Shown here piece after piece: positions 49,517 to 59,639 of a DNA stretch of 64,000 nt (position 1 is its first letter; every line of letters begins with the position of its first letter). Location: assembly GCA_965243325.1 (NCBI GenBank), contig CBDEUQ010000003.1:830300-894299 (forward strand). Reading direction: 5' to 3'. Under the pieces are notes generated by a model that saw nothing but the letters and a program-made list of their open reading frames with translations, was not told the DNA's origin and did no database searches. The position numbers were made by a program, and so were the translations under genes. The stretch comes from Alphaproteobacteria bacterium. Its GTDB lineage: Bacteria; Pseudomonadota; Alphaproteobacteria; UBA7887.

Positions 49517-50283
49517 CCCCAGCGCGGATCGCGGCCGGCGCGGTATGCCGCCATGGCCTCGGCGAAGTCCGGCGTCTCCATGGCCCTGCCCTGCTCCACC
49601 AGGTACTTGTGGAAGAACGCGTCCCAGCCGAGGTCGAAACAGTCGACCAGCATCCGTTTCGAGGCCCGGGACCCGGCGGAATTGGATGCCGCGTACTCGG
49701 CGAGCCAGTCCTCGAATTCGGCGGCGGCCGTGTCCTCGCCGACCAGATGGTCGACCAGCCCGATGCGCTCGGCCTCGACGCCGTCGATCATGTGGCCGCG
49801 AACGATCAGCGACTTGGCGCGGCCGAGCCCGACGTAGCGCGCGAGGCGGAAGGTGCCGAGCCCCGGGATCAGGCCCTCCTTGATCGCCGGCAGGCCGAGT
49901 CTCGCCGTTCTCGTGCAGGCGCGGATGTCACAGGCCAGCGCCAGCTGCAATCCGCCGCCGATGGCGTAGCCGTGGATCAGGCAGACGACGAGCTTGTCCA
50001 TCGTCTCGAACTCGCGCAGCGCGCAGTCCCACATGTCGAAATAGGCGGGCTCGATCGCCCCGGCGGAGAGATCCTTGAGATCGATGCCGGTGGAGAAGGC
50101 GCGGCCGGCGCCGCTGATCGCCACCATGCGCACGGCCTCGTCGGCGGCGACGGCGCGGGCGGCGTGCAGAAGCTCGCGCGTGCCGGTCATGGCGAACGCG
50201 TTCAACCGCTCGGGCCGGGCAAGCTCGAGGCGGGCGAGCCGGCCGTCGCGCGTGAGCTTCATGGTCTCGTAGTCGGCGGTCAT
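49513..50283 (-). CDS. Enoyl-CoA hydratase/isomerase family protein
   Basis: RPERLNA, AFSTGIDL, GYAIGGGLQLALACD. Confidence 0.92.
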   Translation of the reverse strand: MTADYETMKLTRDGRLARLELARPERLNAFAMTGTRELLHAARAVAADEAVRMVAISGAGRAFSTGIDLKDLSAGAIEPAYFDMWDCALREFETMDKLVVCLIHGYAIGGGLQLALACDIRACTRTARLGLPAIKEGLIPGLGTFRLARYVGLGRAKSLIVRGHMIDGVEAERIGLVDHLVGEDTAAAEFEDWLAEYAASNSAGSRASKRMLVDCFDLGWDAFFHKYLVEQGRAMETPDFAEAMAAYRAGRDPRWG

Positions 50284-50449
50284 GTCCCTGCCGGTCGGTC
50301 ACGGGAGCCGCCGCCGGCCCGTCGCCGGCGGCGGGCGCAGCATAGTGTCGGGTGCGGCGGGCCGGAACCCCTTCGCGGCGGCCGGCGGCCGGTGCCGGCA
50401 CGCGAAAAACGTGCATAATCCGTCGAAACGCGAGGAGGAGGCAGCGCCC

Positions 50450-52600
50450 GTGGCCGAGCGCTCGTTTGCAAGGGAAGTTCAGGATCTGCGTCTCGGGGCG
50501 GGACAGGAGTTCCGCGGCGAGGGAATCCTGGCGACCGCCAAGGCGTTGCTGGAAAACGGCGTCGGCTACGTCGGCGGCTATCCGGGCGCGCCGATCTCGC
50601 ATCTGCTCGACGTGTTCTCCGACGCCGAGGGGATTCTGAACGAGCTCGGGGTGCATTTCGAGGCCAACGCGAGCGAGGCCGCGGCGGCCGCCATGCTGGC
50701 CGCGTCGGTCAACTATCCGATCCGCGGCGCCGTCGCCTTCAAGGGGCCCGTCGGCGCGAACGTGGCGGCCGACGCGCTCGCCAACCTCTCTTCCGGCGGC
50801 GTGACGGGCGGGGCGATCGCGATCATCGGCGAGGACTACGGCGAAGGCTCCTCGATCATGCAGGAGCGCACCTACGCGTTCGCCGCCAAGTCGCAGATCT
50901 GGCTGCTGGATCCGCGCCCCGACCTGCCCTCCATCGTGAAGGCGGTGGGCGACGGATTCGCGCTCTCCGAGGCCTCGAACACGCCGGTCATGCTGGAGCT
51001 CCGGATCCGCGCCTGCCACGTCTACGGCGCCTTCGAGGCGCGGGACAACCGGCGGCCGCCGCTGACCGTGCGCGAAGCGCTGGCCAGCCCGCGGCGGCGG
51101 ACGGACCGCGTCGTGCTGCCACCCAACACCTACCGCCACGAGATGGAGAAGATTGCCGAGCGCATGCCGGCGGCGCTTGCCTTCGTCCGCGAGCGCGGGC
51201 TGAACGAGCGCTTCGGCGGCGACGGCGAGGTGGGCATCGTCCTGCAGGGCGGCATGTACAACGGGGTGGTCCGGGCGCTGCAACGTCTGGGGCTGGCGGA
51301 CGCCTGGGGAGACAGCGCGATCCCGCTCCTCGTCCTCAACGTCGTCTTCCCCCTCGTCGACGCCGAGGTGCTGGCGTTCTGCGGCGGCAAGAAGGCGGTG
51401 CTGGTGGTGGAGGAGGGCCAGCCCGCCTACATCGAGGACGCGATCGCCGCCATCCTGTATCGCGCCGGCGCCGCGTGCACGCTGGCGGGCAAGGGCGCGC
51501 TGCCCGCGGCCGGCGAATACACCGGCGCGGTGCTGATGGAGGGGGTGACCCGCTTCCTGCGCGACCATGCGGCGCCGCTCCTGCCCGCCGCGCACCGGAT
51601 GCCGCCGAGCGGCGACGCGGGCGCGGCGGACCCGGCACTGTCCGCCGCCGTTCCGCCGCGGCCGCCCGGGTTCTGCACCGGCTGTCCCGAGCGGCCGATT
51701 TTCGCCGCCACGAAACTGGTGGAGGCGGAGCTCGGCCCCCACCACATCGCCAGCGATATCGGCTGCCACCTGTTCTCGATCCTGCCGCCCTTCGAGATCG
51801 GCTCGACCACCATGGGCTACGGTCTCGGGCCGGCATCCGCGGCGGGGTTCGACGGCGGCGGCGGACGGCGCTCGATCAGCTTCATCGGCGACGGCGGGTT
51901 CTGGCACAACGGCCTCGCCTCCTCCATCGGCAACGCCGTCTACAACGGCAGCGACGACGTGATCGTGGTGGTGGACAATTTCTACGCCGCCGCCACCGGC
52001 GGGCAGGACGTGCCGTCGTCGCGCGCCGCCAGCGCGTCGAAGTCGACGCAACACCCGATCGCCGACGCGGTGCGAGGCCTCGGCGTCGAATGGGTGCGGC
52101 AGATCGACCGGACCTACGACGTGCGCCGCGTGAAGGAAACGCTGACCGAGGCGCTCACGACGCCGGCGGCCGGACCGAAGGTGATCGTCGCCTCGTCCGA
52201 ATGCATGCTGAACCGGCAGCGGCGGGAGCGACCGCAGCGGCAGGCCGCCGTGGCGGCGGGCGAACGCGTGGTCGTGCCGCGCTTCGGCGTCGACGAGGAC
52301 GTGTGCACCGGCGACCATGCCTGCATGAGGCTCTCGGGCTGCCCGTCGCTCACCGTGAAGCCGCTCGACGACCCCCTGCGCGACGATCCCGTCGCCGCGA
52401 TCGACGAGAGCTGCGTCGGCTGCGGCAACTGCGGCGAGGTGGCCGACGCCGCGGTGCTCTGCCCCTCGTTTCACCGCGTCGACATCGTTCGCAACCCCGG
52501 CGCGCGGGAGCGCTTCGCGGCGCGGATCCGCGGCGCCGCGATCGGCTGGCTGCAGGCCCGGCGCGACCGCCGGCGGCTGGTGTTCGGGGACGGCCCGTGA
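50450..52600 (+). CDS. iorA: Indolepyruvate ferredoxin oxidoreductase alpha subunit
   Basis: GAGGAGG RBS + GTG; GYPGAP, FCTGCPER, DIGCH, GDGGFWHNG, ferredoxin CVGCGNC. Confidence 0.92.
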   Translation: MAERSFAREVQDLRLGAGQEFRGEGILATAKALLENGVGYVGGYPGAPISHLLDVFSDAEGILNELGVHFEANASEAAAAAMLAASVNYPIRGAVAFKGPVGANVAADALANLSSGGVTGGAIAIIGEDYGEGSSIMQERTYAFAAKSQIWLLDPRPDLPSIVKAVGDGFALSEASNTPVMLELRIRACHVYGAFEARDNRRPPLTVREALASPRRRTDRVVLPPNTYRHEMEKIAERMPAALAFVRERGLNERFGGDGEVGIVLQGGMYNGVVRALQRLGLADAWGDSAIPLLVLNVVFPLVDAEVLAFCGGKKAVLVVEEGQPAYIEDAIAAILYRAGAACTLAGKGALPAAGEYTGAVLMEGVTRFLRDHAAPLLPAAHRMPPSGDAGAADPALSAAVPPRPPGFCTGCPERPIFAATKLVEAELGPHHIASDIGCHLFSILPPFEIGSTTMGYGLGPASAAGFDGGGGRRSISFIGDGGFWHNGLASSIGNAVYNGSDDVIVVVDNFYAAATGGQDVPSSRAASASKSTQHPIADAVRGLGVEWVRQIDRTYDVRRVKETLTEALTTPAAGPKVIVASSECMLNRQRRERPQRQAAVAAGERVVVPRFGVDEDVCTGDHACMRLSGCPSLTVKPLDDPLRDDPVAAIDESCVGCGNCGEVADAAVLCPSFHRVDIVRNPGARERFAARIRGAAIGWLQARRDRRRLVFGDGP

Positions 52601-54099
52601 ACCCGCCGGAGGTCATCAAACTCGCCATCCTCGCGGTCGGCGGCCAGGGCGGCGGCGTGCTCACGGGCTGGCTGGTGGCGCTGGCCGAAGCCAACGGCTG
52701 GCGGGTCCAGTCCACCGCCGTGGCCGGAGTGGCGCAACGGACCGGGGCGACGATCTACTACCTCGAAATGTCGCCGGCGGGAGAGCGCACGCCGGTCTTC
52801 GCCCTGGCGCCTTCGCCCGGCGACGTGGACATCCTCGTCGCCGCCGAACTGATGGAGGCCGGACGCGCGGTGATGCGGGGGTTCGTGACCCCGGACCGGA
52901 CCACGCTCGTCGCCTCCACCCACCGCGTCCACGCGGTAGCGGAGAAGACCGTGCCCGGCGACGGGCGGGCCCCCGAAGCCGAGGTCCTGGGGTCGATGCG
53001 GTCGGCGGCGAAGCGCCTCGTCGCCGCCGACTACCAGCGGGCGGCGGTGCGGGCGGGCTCGGTAATCTCGGCCAGCCTGTTCGGCGCGCTGGCGGCGGCG
53101 CGGGCGCTGCCCTTTCCGCGGCAGAGCTTCGTCGACGTGGTCGCCGCATCGGGCCGCGGCGCGGCGGCGAGCCTTCGCGCCTTCGAGGCCGGCGAGGCGG
53201 GCGACGCGGACGACGCGCCGGCGCCCCGTAGCGCCGGCGGCGAGGGACCGCGGGGTCCGGCGCGGCTGGTCGCGGCGTGGACGGCGCTGGAGGCGCGCCG
53301 CGCGCGGTTGCCGGACCCGGTCCGGGCGATGGCGGCCCACGGCCTGCGGCACGTGGTCGACTTCCAGGACCCGGCCTACGGCGGCGAGTATCTCGACCGC
53401 CTGGACCGCGTGGTGGCGCTGGACGCCGGCGACTTCGCGCTTTCCGTCGCCGCCGCCAAGCACCTCGCCAACGCCATGGTCTACGACGACGTCATCCGGG
53501 TCGCCGACCTGAAGACCCGCCGGTCCCGGTTCGACCGCGTGCGGCGGGCGATGGCACTCGATGCGGGCGACGTGGCCGGCATCACCGAGTTCCTGCATCC
53601 GGGAGTGGAGGAGCTCTGCGGCACGATGCCCGCGGCCTGGGGCGCCTGGATCGAGGCGCGGCCGCGGCTCGCGGGCTGGATCCACCGCCGGATCGACAAG
53701 GGGCGGCGCGTGCGGACCGACAGGCTGTTCCCGTTCGTCGCGCTATACGTTCTCGCCGCGGCGCGGCGCTGGCGGCGCGCCACCCTCCGCCACCGCGTCG
53801 AGAGCGCGCATCTCGAACGCTGGCTGGACCTGGCGCTGGAGACGGCGCCGCGAGACCGCGCCCTGGCGGCGGAGATCGTGAACTGCCGGCGGTTGATCAA
53901 GGGCTATTCCGACACCCGCGCGCGCGGCCGAGCGAAGTTCGACAAGGTGCTCGCCGCCCTGCCGATGCTCGAGGGACGGGCCGACGCGGCCGACTGGCTT
54001 CGCCGGCTGCGCGAGGCCGCGCTGCGCGACGAAGGGGGAGAGGCGCTCGACGGTTGCCTCAGGACGGTGGCGTCCTTCGCCCACGACGCGGCGGCGTAA
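52597..54099 (+). CDS. iorB: Indolepyruvate oxidoreductase beta-family subunit
   Basis: AVGGQGGGVL, GVAQRTGAT, YDDVIRVA, LIKGYSDT; GTGA overlap with iorA. Confidence 0.9.
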   Translation: MNPPEVIKLAILAVGGQGGGVLTGWLVALAEANGWRVQSTAVAGVAQRTGATIYYLEMSPAGERTPVFALAPSPGDVDILVAAELMEAGRAVMRGFVTPDRTTLVASTHRVHAVAEKTVPGDGRAPEAEVLGSMRSAAKRLVAADYQRAAVRAGSVISASLFGALAAARALPFPRQSFVDVVAASGRGAAASLRAFEAGEAGDADDAPAPRSAGGEGPRGPARLVAAWTALEARRARLPDPVRAMAAHGLRHVVDFQDPAYGGEYLDRLDRVVALDAGDFALSVAAAKHLANAMVYDDVIRVADLKTRRSRFDRVRRAMALDAGDVAGITEFLHPGVEELCGTMPAAWGAWIEARPRLAGWIHRRIDKGRRVRTDRLFPFVALYVLAAARRWRRATLRHRVESAHLERWLDLALETAPRDRALAAEIVNCRRLIKGYSDTRARGRAKFDKVLAALPMLEGRADAADWLRRLREAALRDEGGEALDGCLRTVASFAHDAAA

Positions 54100-54170
54100 C
54101 GGCGGGCGGCGGCCCGCAGGGTCGGGCTGAGACTACGCACCGGGCGCCCCGCCGCCGGCGACACCCCGTC

Positions 54171-54763
54171 GTGATCCGCGCCCGCCGCCGCAGCATCTGC
54201 TGCAGCCTGGCCGAGTGGGCGGAGATGACCGGGCGGGCCCGCTCGGCGGGCATGCGGACCTCGCCGCTCGTGATCGCCTGCGCGCTCGCGGACGACGGGG
54301 ACGAGAGGCCCGACACTCTGCTGGCGCTGAGCGAGGAAGAGCAGAGAACCCAGTACGACAGGATCGCGCTCCTCGACCGCTGGGCGCGGGCGATGTACGC
54401 GCGCCTGCCGGGATGCGACGTCTCGATGTTCGAGGCGCTGGCCTTCCTGGAACGGGCCGCGTCGCTGCGCCGGGTGCCGCGCCAATGAGGCGGCGCCGGA
54501 GCCCGGCGACCATGGTCCACTCCCTGTCCTGCTCCGATGCGGAGTGGGAGCGGGTGCGGGAACGGGCGGACGCGGCGGGTCTGTCGATATCGCGCTACCT
54601 GGTCGAGCGGGCGATGACGGTGGAGCTGCCGCGCGGAGCGCCGCCGCCTCGCCGAGCAGCGCCACCGGCACCACGCGCAGCCGCAGGCGCCCCTGCACGG
54701 CCCGTTCGCCGAGCTCCGCCACCGCCGCTCAACGGCGATGACAACAAGGAAGCCCCGGCCTGA
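54171..54763 (+). pseudogene. Decayed pair of RHH/MobC-like genes
   Basis: SICCSLAEWAEM...LALSEEEQRT and SLSCSDAEWERVRERADAAGLSISRYLV are homologous to 36326-37092. Confidence 0.7.
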
Positions 54764-55260
54764 CGGCCGGGGTCGTGGGGCGCCTGCGGCGCCGGCCGGT
54801 CCGGCACGCTCCGGGCGCGCGACGGCATGCTTGTTGAGGAGCTTGCCGCCGCGCCCCACACCGCGCTGCAGCTCGAACGCGGCTCGCTTACACTCGCAAC
54901 TGGCTGGCCGATGGCCAGCCCCCGTCTTCAACCAGGGGAGCATCAACACCGCACACCGGGAGAGAACAAGCGCCTCGGCGGCCGAGCCAAATCAGCTCGG
55001 GATCGTGGTCAAGTATCGTAGGAACCGCGGTCACGTGTTCCAGGAATCGCCGTCAAGCGCGTAGGAATCCGCAATCCCTAGGAAATCCAATGAAGACTAT
55101 TACTGCGCAACCGTAGTCAACACGACCGGCGAACGTTACATGTACACCTTTTTGGCAACGCTGGACATGAATGGGGATTCCGACTTCGACTTCAGCAAGA
55201 ACACCGCGCACGTCCCGACTAGTCCGCTTACCACTTGCGACCATAGCTCAGGAGCGTACC

Positions 55261-56661
55261 GTGAACCGACGTTACCGTGGGGCGCTACGAGCCCACCCGC
55301 ATTCAGGGGCGATTGCCGTCACCGACGCGCCCCCACGCCGGCGCGGGCCCAATCTTCGCCGACAGTTCGTGCAGCTCGTCGCTGTAAGCATCGTGGTCCC
55401 GGTTGCGCTGGTGGGCGCGGTCGAGTTCTTCGTGCTTGAGTACCATCTCGAAGTCATCGAATTGAGCTTCAAGCAGAGCCGTAAGGCACTTGCGCGCGAC
55501 ATCCCGAGATCCGACGTCATGTCGCAGGCGGGCGATGTCGCTCGGCAGCTCGACGCTTTTTTCGTCGAGCGCATCGGCGAGGCGAAGGCGTGGGCCGCGT
55601 CGGAGGTTGTGATGGACGCCGCGCGGGCTGCGCACGAAGCACATGTTCGCGAGGGACTCGTCGACATGCCGATCGCCGCGATTGAAGAGCGGTTCCAGAC
55701 CGCCAAGAGCCTCGGCGAATGGGCGGAGGCGGACACCTATCTTCGCCAGCAGGTTGTCACCTCGCCGTACTTCGCCGAAGTCTCTTTTACCGACCGCAAC
55801 GGTTTCAACGTCGCGCTGACCAATCCGACGAGTGACTTCGTTCAGTCGGACGAGGAGTGGTGGCACAACGCCTGGAGCCACCATATCGCGGTCGGCGAAG
55901 TGCAGTACGACGAATCTGCCGGTTATTGGTCCCTCGACATCGCGGTGCGAATCGACGAGCCGACGACCGGGCACCCCCTTGGCGTGCTGAAGTCCGTGCT
56001 GGCGATCGAGCCGGTGCAACGCATCGCCGATCGGACGGCCGAGACCCTTTCGGGCGGACGGGTCATCGTAGCGACGGGCGGCGGTGCGCTCATCGCGGAG
56101 ACGAACTCGGGGCACGCGAAGGAGCGCATCATGAATCCCGACCTCAACCTCGTCGAGCACAGCGTACCGCTAATCCGGGCGGCTTTCGGCGACGCGCGCG
56201 CGGGCTTCGCGACGGATGAAACGTGGCTCACCGGTTACGCGCGTACCGGGGGCCGCGAAACGTACGCGCCGGTGATTCAACGCTTCGCCGGCTTCGATTG
56301 GCTCGTGATCCTCCAGCGTCCGGTCGCCGGGGTACTCGACCACATCAGCGCCCTTCGTGAGATCGAGAATGCACTTCGTGGCTGGCGCGTCACGCTCGTC
56401 GTCGCGCTCGCCGTCATGGCGTTCGCAATTGTCGTGTTAGCGGTACTCCTCGTCGGCGGGCACGCTCGACGGCTCTCCGAATCGGTAAACGTGGTGCGCA
56501 AGATGGCGGAGCGCGCGGTCCAGGGGGAACAGGTGGGGCGGGTCGCGATCGACCGTCCCGAAGAGCTTGCACAATTGAACGAGTCCGTCCATCGCCTCTG
56601 TCAGGTGTTCACTGCTGACCTGAGGCGGAACGAGTCTGGCTCGGCAACCACCGATGACTGA
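55261..56661 (+). CDS. Cache-domain membrane sensor (TM-Cache-TM-HAMP-like) with no output domain
   Basis: FTDRNGFNVA..SDFVQSDEEWW..VQYDESAG..GVLKSV; second TM; PEELAQL. Confidence 0.8.
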   Translation: MNRRYRGALRAHPHSGAIAVTDAPPRRRGPNLRRQFVQLVAVSIVVPVALVGAVEFFVLEYHLEVIELSFKQSRKALARDIPRSDVMSQAGDVARQLDAFFVERIGEAKAWAASEVVMDAARAAHEAHVREGLVDMPIAAIEERFQTAKSLGEWAEADTYLRQQVVTSPYFAEVSFTDRNGFNVALTNPTSDFVQSDEEWWHNAWSHHIAVGEVQYDESAGYWSLDIAVRIDEPTTGHPLGVLKSVLAIEPVQRIADRTAETLSGGRVIVATGGGALIAETNSGHAKERIMNPDLNLVEHSVPLIRAAFGDARAGFATDETWLTGYARTGGRETYAPVIQRFAGFDWLVILQRPVAGVLDHISALREIENALRGWRVTLVVALAVMAFAIVVLAVLLVGGHARRLSESVNVVRKMAERAVQGEQVGRVAIDRPEELAQLNESVHRLCQVFTADLRRNESGSATTDD

Positions 56662-57075
56662 GGCGGAAGGCCACCGTCCGGCCTGACTTCGAGGAGATGG
56701 ATCCTTGATTCCGAGGCCGTTTTGGGTACGGACGCGCAAGTCATCAAGAACCTGGCCAAGGTCGGTGGTGGCTGCACGAATTGGCGGATGCCGATGCGGG
56801 ATCACCGGGGCCAACGCACTCCGGAGCCGGCGGATTCGCGCGGACACCTCATTCGGGGTGACGATTTTGCTCAACCGTCGACACGGACCGGTTGGAGGCG
56901 ACACGTCTTCCACAGAACCACGGCTCGCTTCGCGGAGCGAGTGATTCTTCGGGGTGAGGCTTCGCCGGTGCGTGCGTTGCAATTCAGGACACTCGCGGTC
57001 AGGAGCCCGACGTGAATCGGTCGGTTCCATCGGGGGCGCTAGTGAAAATTCCCGGACACTAAGAGAGGATTCCAG

Positions 57076-57248
57076 GTGGCAACCAAGTCCATTCAGTTGA
57101 ACCGCATGAGGGCGGTGGTAACCGGCAGCGTAGCATTCCTCGCGCCCAGCGTTTGCCGGGCCGACGTCGTCAGTCCGGGCGACACGGCGTGGATGCTGAC
57201 CGCGACGGCGCTCGTCCTGTTCATGACCATCCCCGGGTTGTCCCTTTT
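57076..57248 (+). pseudogene. amtB: Ammonium transporter 5' part, interrupted by IS1595
   Basis: GDTAWMLTATALVLFMTIPGLSL, continuing at 60651 as FYAGMVR. Confidence 0.92.
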
Positions 57249-57282
57249 GGGAATTGTGTAGCAAAATCCGCAGACGGGAAGC

Positions 57283-57489
57283 TCATTCTTCCCGCACGAG
57301 CTTCCACCGCTGCCCCATTTCCTCCTTCGACGGCTCCCGGTTTTCGCTCTTGCGCACGGGTTGGGCGGGGTGCTCCATCACCTGCCGCATGACGGACTCG
57401 ACATCGCCGCTCGTCACGGGGTCGCGCTCCGTCTCGGCAAACGCCGCAAGGTCAATCTGCCCCGCCTTCGCCTTCCGCTTCCGCGTCAC
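57283..57489 (-). CDS. Small passenger protein
   Basis: GTGA overlap with the MTase stop; 68 aa, ending just inside the TIR. Confidence 0.6.
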   Translation of the reverse strand: MTRKRKAKAGQIDLAAFAETERDPVTSGDVESVMRQVMEHPAQPVRKSENREPSKEEMGQRWKLVREE

Positions 57490-58823
57490 TGGCTTGCCCT
57501 CCATTCGGCCATGGTCCTGCCGCCCTTCGAGCGGTTGCAGCCGGAGCACAGCAGTTGCAGGTTGTCGGGGTGATCGGTCCCGCCCTTCACGCGCGGCATG
57601 ATGTGGTCGACGTCCATGACGCGGAACGGGAAGTGCGTCTCGCAGCCCGCGCAGACGCCCTCCTGCTCGCCGTAGAGCCGGTGCCGGTGCGTCCGGTAGT
57701 TGGGCAGGTCGCCGAGGTCCGTGCGCTTGGGTGGCCCGTCCGGCGTGATTGCGCCGCCCCACAGGCCGCGATCCCCGGCGATGCGCTCGTTGACCAGCTT
57801 CACCGCCAGCGGCGACAGGTCGATCCCCGCCCACTGCCGCTGTAGCCGGTCGGCGGACACGCACGCCGTCGCGCAGCCTGCGAAGGGATCGAGCACCATG
57901 TCGCCGGGGTTGCTGGACGCGGTGATGATCCGGTCCAGCAGCGCGAGCGGCTTTTGCGTCGGATAGCCGACACGCTCCTTTGCCGACGCGATGCTGATGT
58001 CCGCCCAGAGATTGGACAGCGGCTTACCGGGGTTTTCCGACAGGTACACCTTCCGGCGCGGCATTCGGCCCTTCTTCGGCCAGTGTATTCGGCCCTCGCG
58101 CTCCAGTTCCTCAACGCGCTCCGGCGGGAATTTCCAAACGTCCGCGATCCCCTTCCACGTGTAGCGGTATCCACCGCCCGTCAGGGTGCGTGCGTGTAGC
58201 GGCGATGTCGTGTACGGGCCGCGCTCATCCGAGTTCGTGTACCGTCTTGCAATGTCGTCTTCGGACAACGGCAAGCGGGGGGATGTCCACGTTGCGCCGG
58301 GTCCGGCGTAGAACAACAGCGCGTCGGTCACGCGCCCGTATCGGCCGGCGTCGTTGTGCGAGCCGTACCGCTGCCAAACCACTTCGTTGCGGAATCGGGC
58401 GCGCCCGAAAATCCCGTCCATCAGCAGCTTGAGGTAGTGGGAAGCGGTGGGGTCGCAGTGCAGATAGATCGAGCCGGACGGCTTGAGCACGCGGCGCATC
58501 TCCAGCAGCCGGACGGCCATCATGATGCAGTACGACTGCATCCCCTTGCCGTGTGCCTGACGCGCGGCCTCGATCACCGAATAGGCCGCCGGGTTCCGGT
58601 CGGCGAGCTCGCCGTGCTCGCACACGTCTACGTCGTCTAGCGTCCATGCGTCCTTGAACGCCGCGCCGGCGGCCTTGCTCCCTATCGGCGCCTCGTAGTG
58701 CTTGTTCGAGTTGAACGGCGGATCGAGGTAAATCAGATCCACGCACGCATCGTTCATGCCCCGCATGACCGGCAGGTTGTCGCCCGTCCACACCGTGCCG
58801 CTGGCAAAGTTCGGGGCGGGCAT
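57486..58823 (-). CDS. Beta-class N6/N4 DNA methyltransferase fused to a C-terminal HNH endonuclease
   Basis: DPPF, YPTQKP, DPFAGCAT; CAGC..VDHIMP..GGTD..NLQLLCSGCN..K. Confidence 0.93.
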   Translation of the reverse strand: MPAPNFASGTVWTGDNLPVMRGMNDACVDLIYLDPPFNSNKHYEAPIGSKAAGAAFKDAWTLDDVDVCEHGELADRNPAAYSVIEAARQAHGKGMQSYCIMMAVRLLEMRRVLKPSGSIYLHCDPTASHYLKLLMDGIFGRARFRNEVVWQRYGSHNDAGRYGRVTDALLFYAGPGATWTSPRLPLSEDDIARRYTNSDERGPYTTSPLHARTLTGGGYRYTWKGIADVWKFPPERVEELEREGRIHWPKKGRMPRRKVYLSENPGKPLSNLWADISIASAKERVGYPTQKPLALLDRIITASSNPGDMVLDPFAGCATACVSADRLQRQWAGIDLSPLAVKLVNERIAGDRGLWGGAITPDGPPKRTDLGDLPNYRTHRHRLYGEQEGVCAGCETHFPFRVMDVDHIMPRVKGGTDHPDNLQLLCSGCNRSKGGRTMAEWRASQ

Positions 58824-58827
58824 GACG

Positions 58828-59253
58828 CTAGACGAAGAACAGCGGATCGGCCGCCATTTGGCTGACCTGCTGATTTGTCCACGTTTGGCCGTGGAGGCAC
58901 AGGACGCAGGTTGCCTTGCGCGCGTCCCATTTCTGCGTGATGACCAAATCCGGCAATTCCCGGGCCGGCGGTTTCTGCGGGTAAGAGACGGTGATGTCGT
59001 TCTCGTTCAGAACGAAATTCACCGTCACTCTGTCGTCTGGGCGGGCCGTGCCGAACGGGAAGCCGGTGGCGACGAACATGCGGCGCGGCGCAAGCTCATC
59101 TTTCAGCGAATACGGGAATTTCTTTTCCCGTTCCGGCTGCATGTCATTGCTGGCGTCGACGTAGCATTGCACGAACGCGCGAATGGCAGAAAAGGCCGTG
59201 GCCAGGGTGCATTTCCGCCGCTCGAAAAGCCATTTCGCAGCCGCATCGCTCAC
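58828..59253 (-). CDS. Hypothetical passenger protein (paralogue B)
   Basis: Coupled ORF; shares W..R..CT..F..VQ..N and CVL..W..QV..A..LF with its neighbour. Confidence 0.7.
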   Translation of the reverse strand: MSDAAAKWLFERRKCTLATAFSAIRAFVQCYVDASNDMQPEREKKFPYSLKDELAPRRMFVATGFPFGTARPDDRVTVNFVLNENDITVSYPQKPPARELPDLVITQKWDARKATCVLCLHGQTWTNQQVSQMAADPLFFV

Positions 59254-59639
59254 GGGGCCGCTCCGAATAGTGTTTCCTCAAGCGCCTTGCGGCGGACCTG
59301 CCACGGCTTCCACTCTTTCCCGTCTTCGTCGGTCAGAACGCACTTCCCGTCCTCGCCGAACCGGACACGCAAGGCCATCAGCGGCGTTGGATTTCCTGTG
59401 TACGCCCAGCGCACGATATGAATGCGGCCCCGCTCCTTGCTGAAGACCACGCGGTGGACCTGCGGGCGCTCCACATAGAACGCGCCGTCCGGGCAGGAGT
59501 TGAACCGCTGGCATTGCGCCATGCCGGGATTGATCGCGTTGTGCCGCTCAAGATCGCGTTGCACGGCGTCGGCCAGCCGGTCGAACTCCTTGTCGACCGT
59601 GCATTCGGAGCGGGCTTCAACCCAGTCGAAATCGCTCAT
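59250..59639 (-). CDS. Hypothetical passenger protein (paralogue A)
   Basis: ATGA overlap with the transposase stop; MSDFDWVEARSECT...WQVRRKALEETLF. Confidence 0.72.
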   Translation of the reverse strand: MSDFDWVEARSECTVDKEFDRLADAVQRDLERHNAINPGMAQCQRFNSCPDGAFYVERPQVHRVVFSKERGRIHIVRWAYTGNPTPLMALRVRFGEDGKCVLTDEDGKEWKPWQVRRKALEETLFGAAP

